DNA of 64,000 nucleotides from Cladosporium halotolerans (taxonomy: Eukaryota), in contig NW_027191478.1 of assembly GCF_011745625.1 (NCBI RefSeq), forward strand, positions 186,001 to 250,000, given 5' to 3'. How positions within the stretch are numbered: position 1 is the stretch's first letter; each line of letters begins with the position of its first letter. Position numbers and translations under genes: made by a program. Shown here piece after piece: positions 1 through 13,660 of the stretch. Below the pieces are notes generated by a model. The model was not told the DNA's origin, ran no database searches, and saw only the letters and a program-made list of their open reading frames with translations.

Positions 1-42
1 TGCAGCAGCATGCAGCCGTCGGCTGATGAGCTGTACCTCCAT
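1..42 (-). other. Possible start of a gene running off the left edge (MEVQLISRRLHAAA)
   Basis: GCCATGG start context with an open frame to the window edge. Too short to verify. Confidence 0.2.
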
Positions 43-620
43 GGCTGAGGCCACGGTACTACCGTGACTCACGATGAAGGCATTGCTTGTGAAGGTACTA
101 ATACAAAGTCCCGCTCAGGCAGGTCTCGAGTAGCTTCATCGGGTGTAGCTAGGCAGCATTGTGGCAGTGGTCTTGATCACACACCAACTCAGGCTCTTCT
201 TCCCGCAGCGGTTTGCCTTGACGCTTCATTGCTGCGGCTCACCGGCGGGTTGGGTACGCTGACCTGGCGAGTCTATTTGACATTTGCTCGACGCTCAGTC
301 ACATTTCACTTGCCAGCTGAGGCGAAGCAAGGCAATCAGGCAAAGCATGACCAGAGCGGCCTCTTGTTCGTCCCGCATCTGGCCAATAGCCAAGGTCTCC
401 ATGGACTGTGAGCATAGCAACGCCTTCCAGCCTGAGGCGAAACGTAGTCAGGTGGCGAACATGTTCTCTGGGTCGGCAGGACTACGCCTCTCCCGGTCAC
501 TAAGTCACTCTTCTGATCGCGCGAGATAGCAATGCACTATGAATACAGGAATGGCCTTACAGTAGGTCTTGGTGTCTGCGTAGCACCTCTTTTTGCCAAA
601 CACTTCCATACTCCTCGCAC

Positions 621-1747
621 ATGATGGCAGCAGCCATGACAACAATTTCCTATCATTTTGGCGTCGAGATTGAGATCATGGCGAAACCACATCAGATTCG
701 AGAGACACCCCTCAACCAGCTCCTCTATTGGGAGAAGCTAGGAAAGGCTCTTGAGAAACGTGGCATCAATGTAGAGGTTGACAAGCCACATGGGCCCTAC
801 CGTAAGAACAAAGAGCGCTATACCCGAGGATGGTGGATTACGAGAGACGGTTCGCTCGTCCGTCACCAAGATGAAAGTGTGTATGAATCCCGAAACGAAC
901 AAGACATGACCGAACAGTCAGCTGATGTTTGGATCGAAAGTCGCATTCGAAGCGGTATCTCCAATCCTGAACACTAGCAACGGGTGGGAGCACCAAATCG
1001 ACATGTTCTGGAAGGCCTACAGCAAAGTCTTCCATCAGCCTCGCTCCCAGTCAGAATCGTACTGTGGAGGCCATATCCACGTCTCGTCCTCATCACAGGA
1101 GTGGAGCACGGATCAGCTCAGGAACATCGCCTCTGGCATCTTCCACTTCGAGCATTTCATCGAAGACATGATTCCCGCCTCTCGTCAAAACAACCAGTTC
1201 TGCAAGAAGAACTCTGCGAACTCCAGATTCTTGAGGTCATGTCGGGGAAATCCCCGGAAGTTCTTCGAGAAAATCTCAGATGCAAGCCGCGGAGAGATCT
1301 GGGGGCTGATGCAGAATGATCGCAAGGTCCTTTGGAACTTCGCACACGTCGTCAAGGGCGGGACGGGCTCGATCGAGTTCCGTGGCGGCCGATGTTTCCG
1401 AGGCCCGCAACGAACCAAGGCCTGGATTGCATTCGCAGTTGGGTACATGCACTTGCTGCAGGGCATGGTGAGAAGTACCTCGGATGCAGATCGCATTACT
1501 TTGATGCTAACTTCTACAAGCCCTTCTGGGAGTACAAAGTGCACAGGCGTGAGGTCTACTCCACCGAAGTCCTGTATGAGAAGATCAAAGCATCCGCCAG
1601 CAAGTTCTACATGGACCAGTACCTCCCTCCTCGATATACTCAGTTGAACGAATCAGAAAGCTGGTCGGTCAGTCCCCGGTTGCGGCATGTTTGGTACCAT
1701 TTAGTATGCGAACTGACCTTATTCAGGAATAGGTGGGAAGCCTCTGA
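621..1747 (+). CDS. Putative amidoligase (Amidoligase_2 / COOH-NH2 ligase type 2 family), multi-exon; 3' end ambiguous (may continue into the MARVEL-like segment)
   Basis: Motifs FGVEIE, WWITRDGSL, FEAVSPIL, CGGHIHVS and WNF...GSIEFRGG lie across ORFs 621-977, 925-1647 and 1332-2045. Phase-consistent introns 877-940 (GTGTGT..AAG) and 1468-1520 (GTGAGA..GCTAAC..AAG) join them. Confidence 0.8.
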
Positions 1748-2318
1748 TGAAGAAGACACGTTGGATGCCGAAGATACGGGACGCGTAACACTTCTTCTGT
1801 CGCGCTTTTTGCAGTTCGCGTTCGGTATTGCGGTCGCGTGCGTTTACGGGATAGACAGATCTCGGTCGCTACACTCGGAGTCGCCGAGGGGCATCGAATG
1901 GCTCTTCGCCATGGTGGTGGCCATCATGTCCACGTCGACGGTGGGGGCTTACGGGTGTTTAGGAGTTTTGACAGATCGGTTTCACCAGCACCGAGGGTTT
2001 TTCTGGGATTGGGTCCTTTTGTGTGTTACCCTCGTGCCAATGTAACGTTTTCATCTCCGCATTAGCTGACTGACGTGTTCAAATAGCATCCTTTGGGCCG
2101 CAACATTCGTCAGATTCAGCGTCATCTCTCTCAACGAATCTACTTCGGGCAACAATAGGAGCATGAAGGCCTTCGTATGGGTCGATCTCGTGAACATGCT
2201 GCTGTGGTGTCTGACCGCTGCAGTATGTTCCATCAGAGCGTATGATTCGCATTGGCACACCCTCTCGAATCCTGGTAAGCACGGCCTTGCCGATATTGAG
2301 GCTCTACGACGAAGATGA
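1733..2318 (+). CDS. MARVEL-like four-helix membrane domain (C-terminal part of the amidoligase gene or a separate gene lacking an obvious ATG)
   Basis: LLLSRFLQFAFGIAVACVYG, then WLFAMVVAIMS, then FFWDWVL|FILWAATF after intron 2021-2086, then MKAFVWVDLVNMLLW, with TGA at 2316-2318. This resembles fungal MARVEL proteins. Confidence 0.65.
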
Positions 2319-2937
2319 CATTCTACTCGCGATGAGTATTGGAATGGAGAGAAGACTCGTTGTTTGATATGCAGATTTTGATCGCATATCCAAGACTTTG
2401 TGACAGACGCGCTGTCTGAGTACGCAATGGAAGGTTGGAACAGAAGGTAGCACGTTGCTTTGGTGTCGAATATTGAGTTGTATGCCACAGATCTCTGGAT
2501 GATTGGTAATAAACTCACCGGATCACACTTCTACGACGACCCCACTCAGCCCGTGTGACATTTGTGCTTGAGAACAAAGTACTTCTCGAGCCAGATCGTT
2601 CTTCCGGCTTCCGAACTCTTGCAACTAGTGCGAAGATAGAATCTCATTGCATCTATCGTACAAATCATCTTTGGCGCCAAGTGACCGTCGAGTCATGAAG
2701 AACATTAGCCGGGTACGAAAGTCAATCTGCACCAGTGGGTCGTCGTATTCGGTCTCACGCCGGTGTAGCCGAGTTGACAGCTGACGCATGAAGCGGTGCC
2801 TGGATGGTGTCGACAGCTCAGGCATCATTCGGCCATCTACACTCGGCCAGATCGATATATAGACTCGATGATAATGCCGTTGAGTTCTCTTTTGGACTCG
2901 AAACCATTCAGACCTGTGGCTACATCGCTCGCACAAG

Positions 2938-4132
2938 ATGCAGTGGATTAATAATGACGAGGATGACTACGAAAATGCAATCGATCTCTCTACACGGCCT
3001 CGTCCAGATTCGACTTACCATCAACGCCCGCGACTATCTCGCACGCACTCTGCTTATGAGCTACGATCACCTGGGTCTATCCTGCCCCAGATAGGGCCAC
3101 TGGCCCCTGCACCAAGGGATCCTTCATTCGGTCCCAGTCCACGAGAGCCGCTCCCACGGTCAAGGATGGACTCGCTGCCGGGACTCGCCAGCCTCCCAGA
3201 AAGAAGCGTACCTCGGGAGTCCCTCATCTCAGAGGAAAAGGTCGATCCAGCACATCTCGTGGAACAATACCAACATCTGGAGAACAGGATTAACACGCCT
3301 CCACCGATGAGTCTGGCCGCGCAAAGCGCAATTACTTGTGGAGACTGGCCGGATCAGGCTGAAGATGCAGCGAAGCTCATCATTTTCAATACCCAAACGA
3401 GCAGACACGACGAGAATTCTCCGAAGACGGCCAATCTCAACTTAGCTGCCACACAACGCTTCGTGTTGGCGAGGCTGCAAAGGAGGATCATTCATGCCGC
3501 AGCCAGGTTCTACCGTGGGCCGTCACGAGGCCACCTTACATCTGATGAGCTTGAACAGCTGATCTCTGAATACTGTAAGTATGCTTCCTCAGGATTGTCC
3601 CCGTACTCAGCCGTGCTAACACGGGTCTTATACAGGCAACGCCGTCCGCAATCTCGACTACATGCGGTGGCACGCCAGCAACCACGCGAAGGAGAACGAC
3701 GAAGGCGACATGTTCTACCTCCAATCATCCAAGCACTTCGTGCGGCTAGCCATGGAAGAAGGGGGTTTGGTGCCGGATCACGTTCTTCCCGCAGGACAGC
3801 TGCCAGTCGCCCGCGACCATGAAGACCCCCAACTTCCCGGGTTTCCGAAATCTGTTGCCAACAAGGAAGCCGATTCTGAACAATTCCTTATGAGGTTGAC
3901 CATGGCGTCTCATGGCGGTATGTTCGTGATCGTGCCGATGCTTATCATGGCCACGGTCCCTGGCAAAATCGCAAGTCTGGTGACGACGGTCGTTGCGATG
4001 CTCGCGTTCGCGGTTGGGATCACGTTCAAGACGCAGCTGAAAGCTGACCAGGTGCTGGCAGCTACCGCCGCTTATGCCGCCGTGCTCGTAGTTTTTGTTG
4101 GGACGAGTCTTTCTCCCTCGAATGGTATTTGA
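2938..4132 (+). CDS. DUF6594-like protein with C-terminal transmembrane helices
   Basis: ORF 2938 joins ORF 3662-4132 via intron ~3575-3635 (GTAAGT..GCTAAC..CAG). It reads NLNLAATQRFVLARLQ...EYCNAVRNLDYM, with a hydrophobic C-terminus RLTMASHGGMFVIVPMLIM...ATAAYAAVLVVFVG. A TATA-like TATATA lies at ~2854-2861. Confidence 0.65.
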
Positions 4133-4294
4133 GGTGTGATAAGAGGTATATATCTTTTGATCATCACATTCTATACAACACATTCCGTGGTTCATACGAC
4201 CACAGGTCAACTTCAACCTCACATGACAGCAGTCACCTGGATCAAGAATCCAACAATTCTATCCCGACTGAACGAAACCCTTGTCTAGATAAAG

Positions 4295-5462
4295 CTAACT
4301 ATACATCTTCACTTGGTCCTCAGACCAGTCCCAGTATTCCTTCCCGAGGCGTGCTTCTGCCAAATCCTCACGAATTGGTTCCTTCTTACCGAAAGGCGAA
4401 ACTATGAAGGAACGATGATTAGTGACATTCAACAGGAGCGCTTTCCATACTTGACTTACTCCAACCCCCGTTGTCTGCTTTCGTGATAGACTTGTCCAAC
4501 CCTGCGTATAGCTCGGTATACGCCCCATTGATAGGTGGATGAGCTATCAATTTCTGTGTGAGAGACGTGCGAGTTAGCATACAGCGGTGGCGGTGGAAGA
4601 TAGAAACATTGATGAACATACAAACATTGCCAGTTGAATTCTGGGCATGTTATCTTGAAGGTTTGTGACAAAGTTGCCGGGGTTCAAGGACTGTTCGAGA
4701 AATGAGTCAATCATGCACACGTACGACGACATGGTCAAAACGAACCAGGCTGATGATTCCCGAGCCAGCCGTTTGTCTCGCGAATTCGGCGGCATGGATG
4801 ACAGAGCCAGCTTTACTCCGACAATACTTCGACCAAATGCCTTCTTCTTCATGGTAGTCCATGTTGCCAAAGTCAATGGCGGGCTTCGGTGCACTGTCCG
4901 CGGCGCTAGAGGACACCCAAATCACTCTGACGGAGTTCTCATCTGCCTTCTTAGCAGTCTCAATCAGCGTCGGGCGTAGGAGCTTGGTTAAGAGATAATG
5001 TCCAAGATTGTTGACGCCAATCTGCAGCTCATAGCCCTGCTTCGACTTCGAGCCTTGCGGGGGCACCATAACGCCAGCGTTGTTCCATAGCACATCCAGG
5101 CGACTTTCATAGGCGAGAAATCGATCCACCGAAGCTTTGATCGTAGACAGGTCGTCGAGAACCAAGGGGATGAAGATCAAGTCCCCATGCGATGCCGGAT
5201 GCGCCTCACGAATCCGACTAGCAGTCTCCTTGGCCTTTTCCTCGGATCTCGCTGCGAGATAGACCTTGCCGTTACGCTGGTAGAGTATCTTTGCGAGCTC
5301 CTCGCCCAGACCACTGGTGGCGCCGGTGATCATGAATACCTACATTAGTCAGGGGTCGATCCTCCGACGACAGCGGGACCATCTCACCTTGCCACTCTGA
5401 TCGGGCAGATTCTCCGCTGTAAGCGGAGCTGGCGCAGGACAAAAGGTGGTCATTCGAACCAT
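4295..5462 (-). CDS. Short-chain dehydrogenase/reductase (retinol-DH/WWOX-like), 5 exons
   Basis: Exon 1 MVRMTTFCPAPAPLTAENLPDQSGK (5462-5388), followed by TGATSGLG, WNNAG and catalytic YCRSK. Later exons read SLNPG, GAYTELYAGL and YWDWSEDQV-stop. Confidence 0.9.
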
Positions 5463-5686
5463 GGCTGCGTCTTGTGAACGGACAAGGTGATATGCGAGAG
5501 AACAGCAAGGTTTTGTCAAGGAGTAACGAAGATAGGGATGGAGAGATGTATGGTGAAATTGCTCCTACGTACCTGTGCTTTATACCTACTCTGTCCCCTG
5601 GCCATCACTGAGTCCTCACGTGTTTTTCTGTGTGATCTGGTTCTGTCAGCACATTGCCATGGCTCGAGTTACCGACAAGCGGTAGC

Positions 5687-5875
5687 ACTAGCGGAGATCT
5701 GCACTGTAGTCGGTAGAAGACATTGCGTGCAGATAGATACTAGCGGGCGAGAGCCCTATGCGGTGCATGGCACTTGGGCTGCCTTCGGAGGCTGGCTATT
5801 GGCCACTGAGTGCCTCAGGCGAGCGCTAGCGGGTGCTAGCGGGTGCTAGCGGGTCTCCAGCGGTCGCACTAGCGC
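5687..5875. promoter_or_regulatory. Array of CTAGCG(G) motifs upstream of the SDR, including a 10-bp tandem GCTAGCGGGT x3
   Basis: Copies start at 5688, 5740, 5826, 5836, 5846 and 5869, plus CCAGCGG at 5857. Confidence 0.5.
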
Positions 5876-6412
5876 ACAGCAGTGCCTCCGCGAGCGTGAA
5901 TAATAATAAAATGCAGCCGACGCCGATTGCGTACCGAGAGAATGGTCTAGAATACCTCAAGTCCGCTGTCGACATGGCCGTAAAAGCCGCTTTCTCCGGG
6001 AGAAACTCAGATACACATGATGTACATGAACGTCTCCTACGCGTCTCCCAACCAACCCACGCTCAACTCCAACAGTTGTCCAGCAAATACACCATATGTC
6101 ACACACCATCCGCGTGGGCGCCACTGGCCACATTGGCTCAGCAGTCAAGAGCAAGACGGAGAATGCGCTGATGAAGCTTGGCTGAGGGGCGGTTGGTCCC
6201 AGCGTATACATCGATCATATCGACCGAGGCCCTGGCAAGGGCTTGCATGGGTTTGGCAACCGGAGATGGGAAGCCTCTGCCACAGACAGATGGCGTTAAG
6301 ACGGAAGAGAGGCTAGTGCGAAATGCTGCGCCAGGAAAATTACGGAGCAATCGATTCAGCAGTAAAAAGAGTCAGCCAGGCGTACCTGGTACTCTTCTCA
6401 CACGCCGTGGTC

Positions 6413-8192
6413 CTATGTTGTGATCTTGACGGTATCGTACTGCATCCTTTCAAGCGCGCAGTATTCTGTGCCCAATCGCCACCGACAACCAAATCCTCGT
6501 AAGCATCTTTTGGAATCCTCTAAGCAGATGCGTGCATTTTCATCGCCACTCTCGTGGTACAGCCACTGGAAGGTCATCGCTGCGCAATAAAGCGCATCAA
6601 ACCCGATTGGACTGATGTCATGTGGCTCGGTCATTCTAGCCAGATACAATATCTCTGCGCTGGCCTTATGCAGACTGTCGACAGCTTTTCGCTGGAGCGA
6701 TAGCTGGTCGTCTAGTTCAGAGTCCATTGACGAGTCCAGTGACGGGTAAGGAGAGGAATCCGTTGTTGATTCGGACCTCTCCGGACACGAAAGCTTGTCC
6801 AACAGAGCGAATAGCGCTGAACAGGCCAGTCCGCGTGAAGCGAACAACTTTCCGTCTCGACTGCCGTCCAGCTGCTCAACGAAAGAATGCAACACGTCGG
6901 CCAGAGCCATCGTGTCAGCGGTTGCAGCCACGGTACCCAAGGTTTGCTTCTTTGCGCAAGCCGCGGCGCGTGAGGCAAGAACTGCAGACTGACAAAGGCG
7001 AGCAAACGGGGACTGGGGGATTCGATGAGGCGCTGCAACTGAGTGATAAACGACCTCTAGTGGGTTACCGGCGTCCTATTGAAAGACTTAGTTAGACGCT
7101 TGTAGGTATGTGTGCTGCCTGCTACCCTTGGTGCAAACTCACCCACATGCTGTCATTTGCGGGCAGAAAGTTGGTGGCAGTGGGCTCAGCCATGGTGCGC
7201 TGCTTTTTACTTGTGAGGGCAATGATTTGATCAAAGATGAAAATAGCCCACCATGCCCTCCGTCGCTCCTCGCGTTCGGTCCACGAAGTCTACGTCCGTC
7301 AGAATAGCAATCTACTCAGGATTTGAGGGAACATACAACTTTGGGGAGCGTGCCTGCAGATTCACCCCCTGCGGTTAATCCCAATAAATCGGCATATCGT
7401 GAGCAAGCGCCAATAGTGAACCATGCTGCTGGATATACGGCATGGCCGTATTCATACAGCGCGACGAGAATCATCGCCTGCAAGCAACAGAAAGACAGAT
7501 ATCCGGCCTCCTGCAGGATGACGAGGAAACCCTTGGCCTCGGCGTACGTTTCTTGTGTATCATCACTGCCGAACGGCGACACAACAAGCTACATTGCTAG
7601 GAAAAGCATTGCAAGATCTGGCCCGCCGTTGTGAAGTGTGGCACCTAGGTCGATTCGCTTCTTAGAAATGAAAGGAAGCCAACGATGGACAGTTTTAAAA
7701 TACGCATCCGATGCATCTACGGCGGTGTTGCCGCGATTGAGGATTGCCAGTGTTTTCTGGAAGCAGCTATCATTAGCGTTTGCCGATCCCAAGGGGATGT
7801 GAGGCTCTGTTCACCATAGGGATATTGATAGAGGGTTGAGAAAGCTGCAGACCCATTCGATGAAAGCAGTCGACATCGAGTAGCAAAGCAGAAGGAAAAG
7901 ATCCATTACTTGAAGCGCGAACAGGCTGCAAAGCAAGACCTCTTCGAGGTGAGACCGTCGGCGGAGTGTAAGTGAGAGCGTGCTCATGATAAAATGGACT
8001 TGCCCCAGGCTCAAAGTGTCCGCGGTTTTCTATACTGGCAATGGAGGCAATGGACCGGGCCGGCGCAAGGCCGGGATCGACGTATGCACAAAAACCGCCA
8101 GTCCTCGTACAAAGTCCGCATTGTGGCAGAGCTTTATCACACTTCCGCTTCTTACTCTTACACGCTACGCAAGCTGAATCGGCAGAAGCCAT
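6413..8192 (-). CDS. Zn(II)2Cys6 transcription factor with fungal-specific TF domain
   Basis: ACVACKSKKRKCDKALPQCGLCTRTGGFC binuclear cluster. Spliced exons give YFKTVHRWLPFISK, LQAMILVALYEYGH and EERRRAWWAIFIFD. Confidence 0.9.
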
Positions 8193-8687
8193 GGAAGCTA
8201 AATCAGCCGTAACACAGCCATAAGATAGGACGCTAGCCAACAATCAGCGTTACGGTGCACAAGTTTCCCAGGCGCGCAAGACCCCAGGTGCAAAAGACAG
8301 CAACAGCGCACGTCGCCTGGACTCACAAGACAGCAATAGCGCGAGATGCTTCGGGAAAACTTCAACGACAGCGTGAAACAATAGGAGAGCGACAGCGCAT
8401 GAGAGATTGATGACGGTGCACTTGAGACTGACAGCATGTAAGAGAACGCCGCTACCTGAGGTCCCGATCCCTGTAGCGGGGCCAGACAATGGGGTTCCAC
8501 ATCATGCTGTGACAGCCGGCCGGCATATCTACCGAATCGCCACCATTATTACATCAAGAATCCTGTGTTGCTACTCCGATACTGGTGTTATATCAGAAAT
8601 GTCATGTCAGGGGTAAACATTGCGAAGGGTATTTGTGGTAAAGACATATTAGATAATGCATATATTTTGCACAAAATATTGACTGGT

Positions 8688-8806
8688 ACATACGACCATA
8701 GGTCAGTGAAAACTGGGCATCCCGTCCGCTCTGCCATACATAAGCACTGAACCGGGCGACTAGTACTAGAGTGGGTGACCATCTGGGAATCCCGCCTGTT
8801 GTATGT
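8688..8806 (+). rRNA. 5S rRNA (dispersed copy)
   Basis: ACATACGACCATA...CCCGTCCGCTC...TAGTACTAGAGTGGGTGACCA...GTTGTATGT, 119 nt. The terminal helix pairs, a T-run follows, and a TATA-like element sits about 28 nt upstream. Confidence 0.97.
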
Positions 8807-9248
8807 TTTTGACTTTTTGCCGCTTTCGCCGTGGCGGACTGTGTTTTGCTCGGAGAATCATCGAGCATCTGATGCTGTTGTGGTAGGTCGCGAGAGCTAC
8901 TATAGTACGCCGCATGGCGTCGCTTGCTTACGCTCATTACTGTTTCTGCTTTTGTATGGTGCGAATCATAACCCCAACCCTAACCCTGTCAACCCTCAGT
9001 CACCATCACGTCCAGGCATGTTACACTCCAGTGGCAGGTGTTGGGGGCTCTCTCGAGCATTCTTAATTTCAGAAAAGCTTCACTCATGTTAAAGCGAAAA
9101 TGAAGATGTTCACGGGGCATTACTGACGACGCCAGATGAATGTGCTCCGCATGAGTAAGTGTCGTCAATCGAGACTTGGAAGCTTACTAGTAAGAAAGAA
9201 CACGCTTCGTACGCCAGTCAATTTTTCTATCTCGAGAGGCTGTCGTCT

Positions 9249-9282
9249 ACTTGCTCACACAGGAAACTTGCTCACACAGGAA
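9249..9282. repeat. Perfect 17-bp tandem duplication ACTTGCTCACACAGGAA x2
   Basis: Read directly in the intergenic region downstream of MSE1. Confidence 0.85.
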
Positions 9283-9442
9283 TAAGCCACTGGCTCGGAC
9301 AAAACGCCCGAAATTCACACCATAAAGTGTCCGAATGTCGAAAGCAACAATATACGTTGCTTCATGCACATTTGCACCGCGAGAACTATATTCTGATTCA
9401 TACTAAAGTACACATGCTATACTCATACAAACAACACCTCTC

Positions 9443-11603
<2,161 letters not shown>

Positions 11604-11739
11604 TCATCACTTGCACCACCACCTGCTGCCCTTGCAGTGAAACAATCCACCTTTGAATACTTCGAGACTCCCGTTCTCCTACGTACGACCTGAGGACCTG
11701 TGAATTTGCCCATACACATAAACCACATCGACCGCCAAG

Positions 11740-13156
11740 ATGGCCGAAGAGCGGGATCTCTACGGTACGTCGGATTGCGCCAGACCACTTTTCATGCCCA
11801 TGGCTAACAAGCATAGAGGTCTTGAACATCGAGCGCTCGGCGACCAAGGCTGAGATCAAGAAAGCATACCACAAGGTAAGCAAACTCAAATCAGTCCCTC
11901 CACATCAAACCAACCCAGAACTAACACCACCACCTTAGGCCGCACTCGCCTCGCACCCCGACAAAGTCCCCGACGAGCAGCGCGAAGAAGCCGACGAGAA
12001 ATTCAAAGCCGTCTCGCAAGCCTACGAGATCCTCAGCGATGAGCAATCCCGCGACCTGTACGACGAGCACGGCATGGCGGCTTTCGAGAAAGGCGGGATG
12101 GGTGGCGGCGCCGGGCCCGACCTGGACGATATCCTCGCGCAGATGTTTGGCGGCATGGGCGGCGGATTCGAGGGCATGCACGGCTCGTTCGGTGGCGGCG
12201 CCGGCGGGCCCAGGCAGCGCAGGGCGAAGGGCAGGCCCGAGATGCAGCAGTACGAGGTCTCGTTGGAGGAGTTGTACAAGGGCAAGACGACGAAGTTCGC
12301 CAGCACGAAGAACGTGCTGTGCTCGCATTGCAGCGGGACTGGTGGTAAAGAGAGGGCGAAGGCGAAGACGTGCGACACTTGCAAGGGCCGGGGGACTTCG
12401 ACGAGGATGAGGCCTGTTGGGCCTGGCCTGGTGACACAGGAAACGGTCAACTGCTCGACGTGTGCTGGAAGGGGCAAGTTCTACGCGGACAAGGACAAGT
12501 GCAAGCGCTGCAAGGGCGAGAGGACGATCAAGCAGAAGAAGATCCTGGAGCTCTACATTCCGCCCGGCAGCCGGGAGGGTGAGAAGATCGTGCTGGCTGG
12601 CGAGGCGGATCACGACCCTGACGACGAAGAGGCCGGCGATATTGTCTTCGACCTCGTGGAGGAGCCGCACGCCGTCTTCCACCGCGCAGGAGCGGACTTG
12701 CAGGCCGAGATCGAGATCACTCTTGCCGAGGCTCTTACTGGTTTCAACCGAACAGTGGTCAGGCATCTGGATGGCCGCGGCATCGCTTTGAACATCCAGC
12801 AGCCAGCTGGCAAGGTCCTCCGTCCCGAGCAGATCATCAAGGTTCCCGGAGAGGGCATGCCGCTGAAGCGCTCCGACCACAAGGGCGACCTGTATCTCGT
12901 CATCAACGTCAAGTTCCCTGAAGACGGCTGGTTGAAGGACGACGCCGCTGTCCAGAAGGTCAGAGACGTCCTTCCCAAAACTCAGCACAAGGAGGCCAAG
13001 CCTGGTGAGACGCCTGAGATCGTTGACGAGGTGGAGTTCGAGACAGTGCCGAACCTCGATGGCTTCGGTGCCGGCAGCGACGACCCGCGCGGCGGTGGAG
13101 ACTGGGAAGATGACGACGAGGATGGCCCTGCAGGCGCACAGTGCGCGCAGCAGTAG
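11740..13156 (+). CDS. XDJ1: Type I DnaJ/Hsp40 co-chaperone (Xdj1/Ydj1 family)
   Basis: J-domain with SHPDK across two introns (11765-11816, 11876-11938), a G/F region, four CxxCxGxG-type repeats and a C-terminal CaaX (CAQQ). Assignment to Xdj1 rather than Ydj1 is by impression. Confidence 0.85.
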
Positions 13157-13660
13157 ACGACATTGATAGCGGATCACGATACCTGGAGCGGAGAAAAGAG
13201 CATAGCACGGCGTCTGGGGAGATGATTATAGAGGACGAGGGTTCTCAGCTCACGTTGATTGCGCGCTGAATTGACCTGTGCATAGACATGACTTGCGTTT
13301 AATTTTCGCGGTTGGAACACATGATAAAGAACAAAATCGAAAGTCGATACGGCAATTTGGATCCTTAGAAAGATGAGGTTAAAACCTCTGGCTCACGTTA
13401 TAGACCCCAGGGCCCGAGTATTGGGGCATATCAGAAAGCAGGAATAAGGCTGGCGATCTTGGTGAAAGGATTGTACGTCGGAGCTATCTATTTGCTATCG
13501 ACCGGGTATCGGAGCCACATCGCGCCTTTGTACGCCGCGGAGCCATCAAAAGAGAGTTATTCGTAGAAGAGAGGAGAAAGAAAAGGAAAAGGAAACGCCC
13601 ATCGCCATCAAAAATCGCTCACGAACGCTTTGCAAATCTCAAAATCCCCCTTTGGCAGAC

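Noticed and set aside
8972..8987. Telomere-like CCCCAACCCTAACCCT, also present inverted at 63315-63330
   Set aside because: Only about two repeat units. The second copy is part of an intron branch region. There is no evidence of an interstitial telomere.
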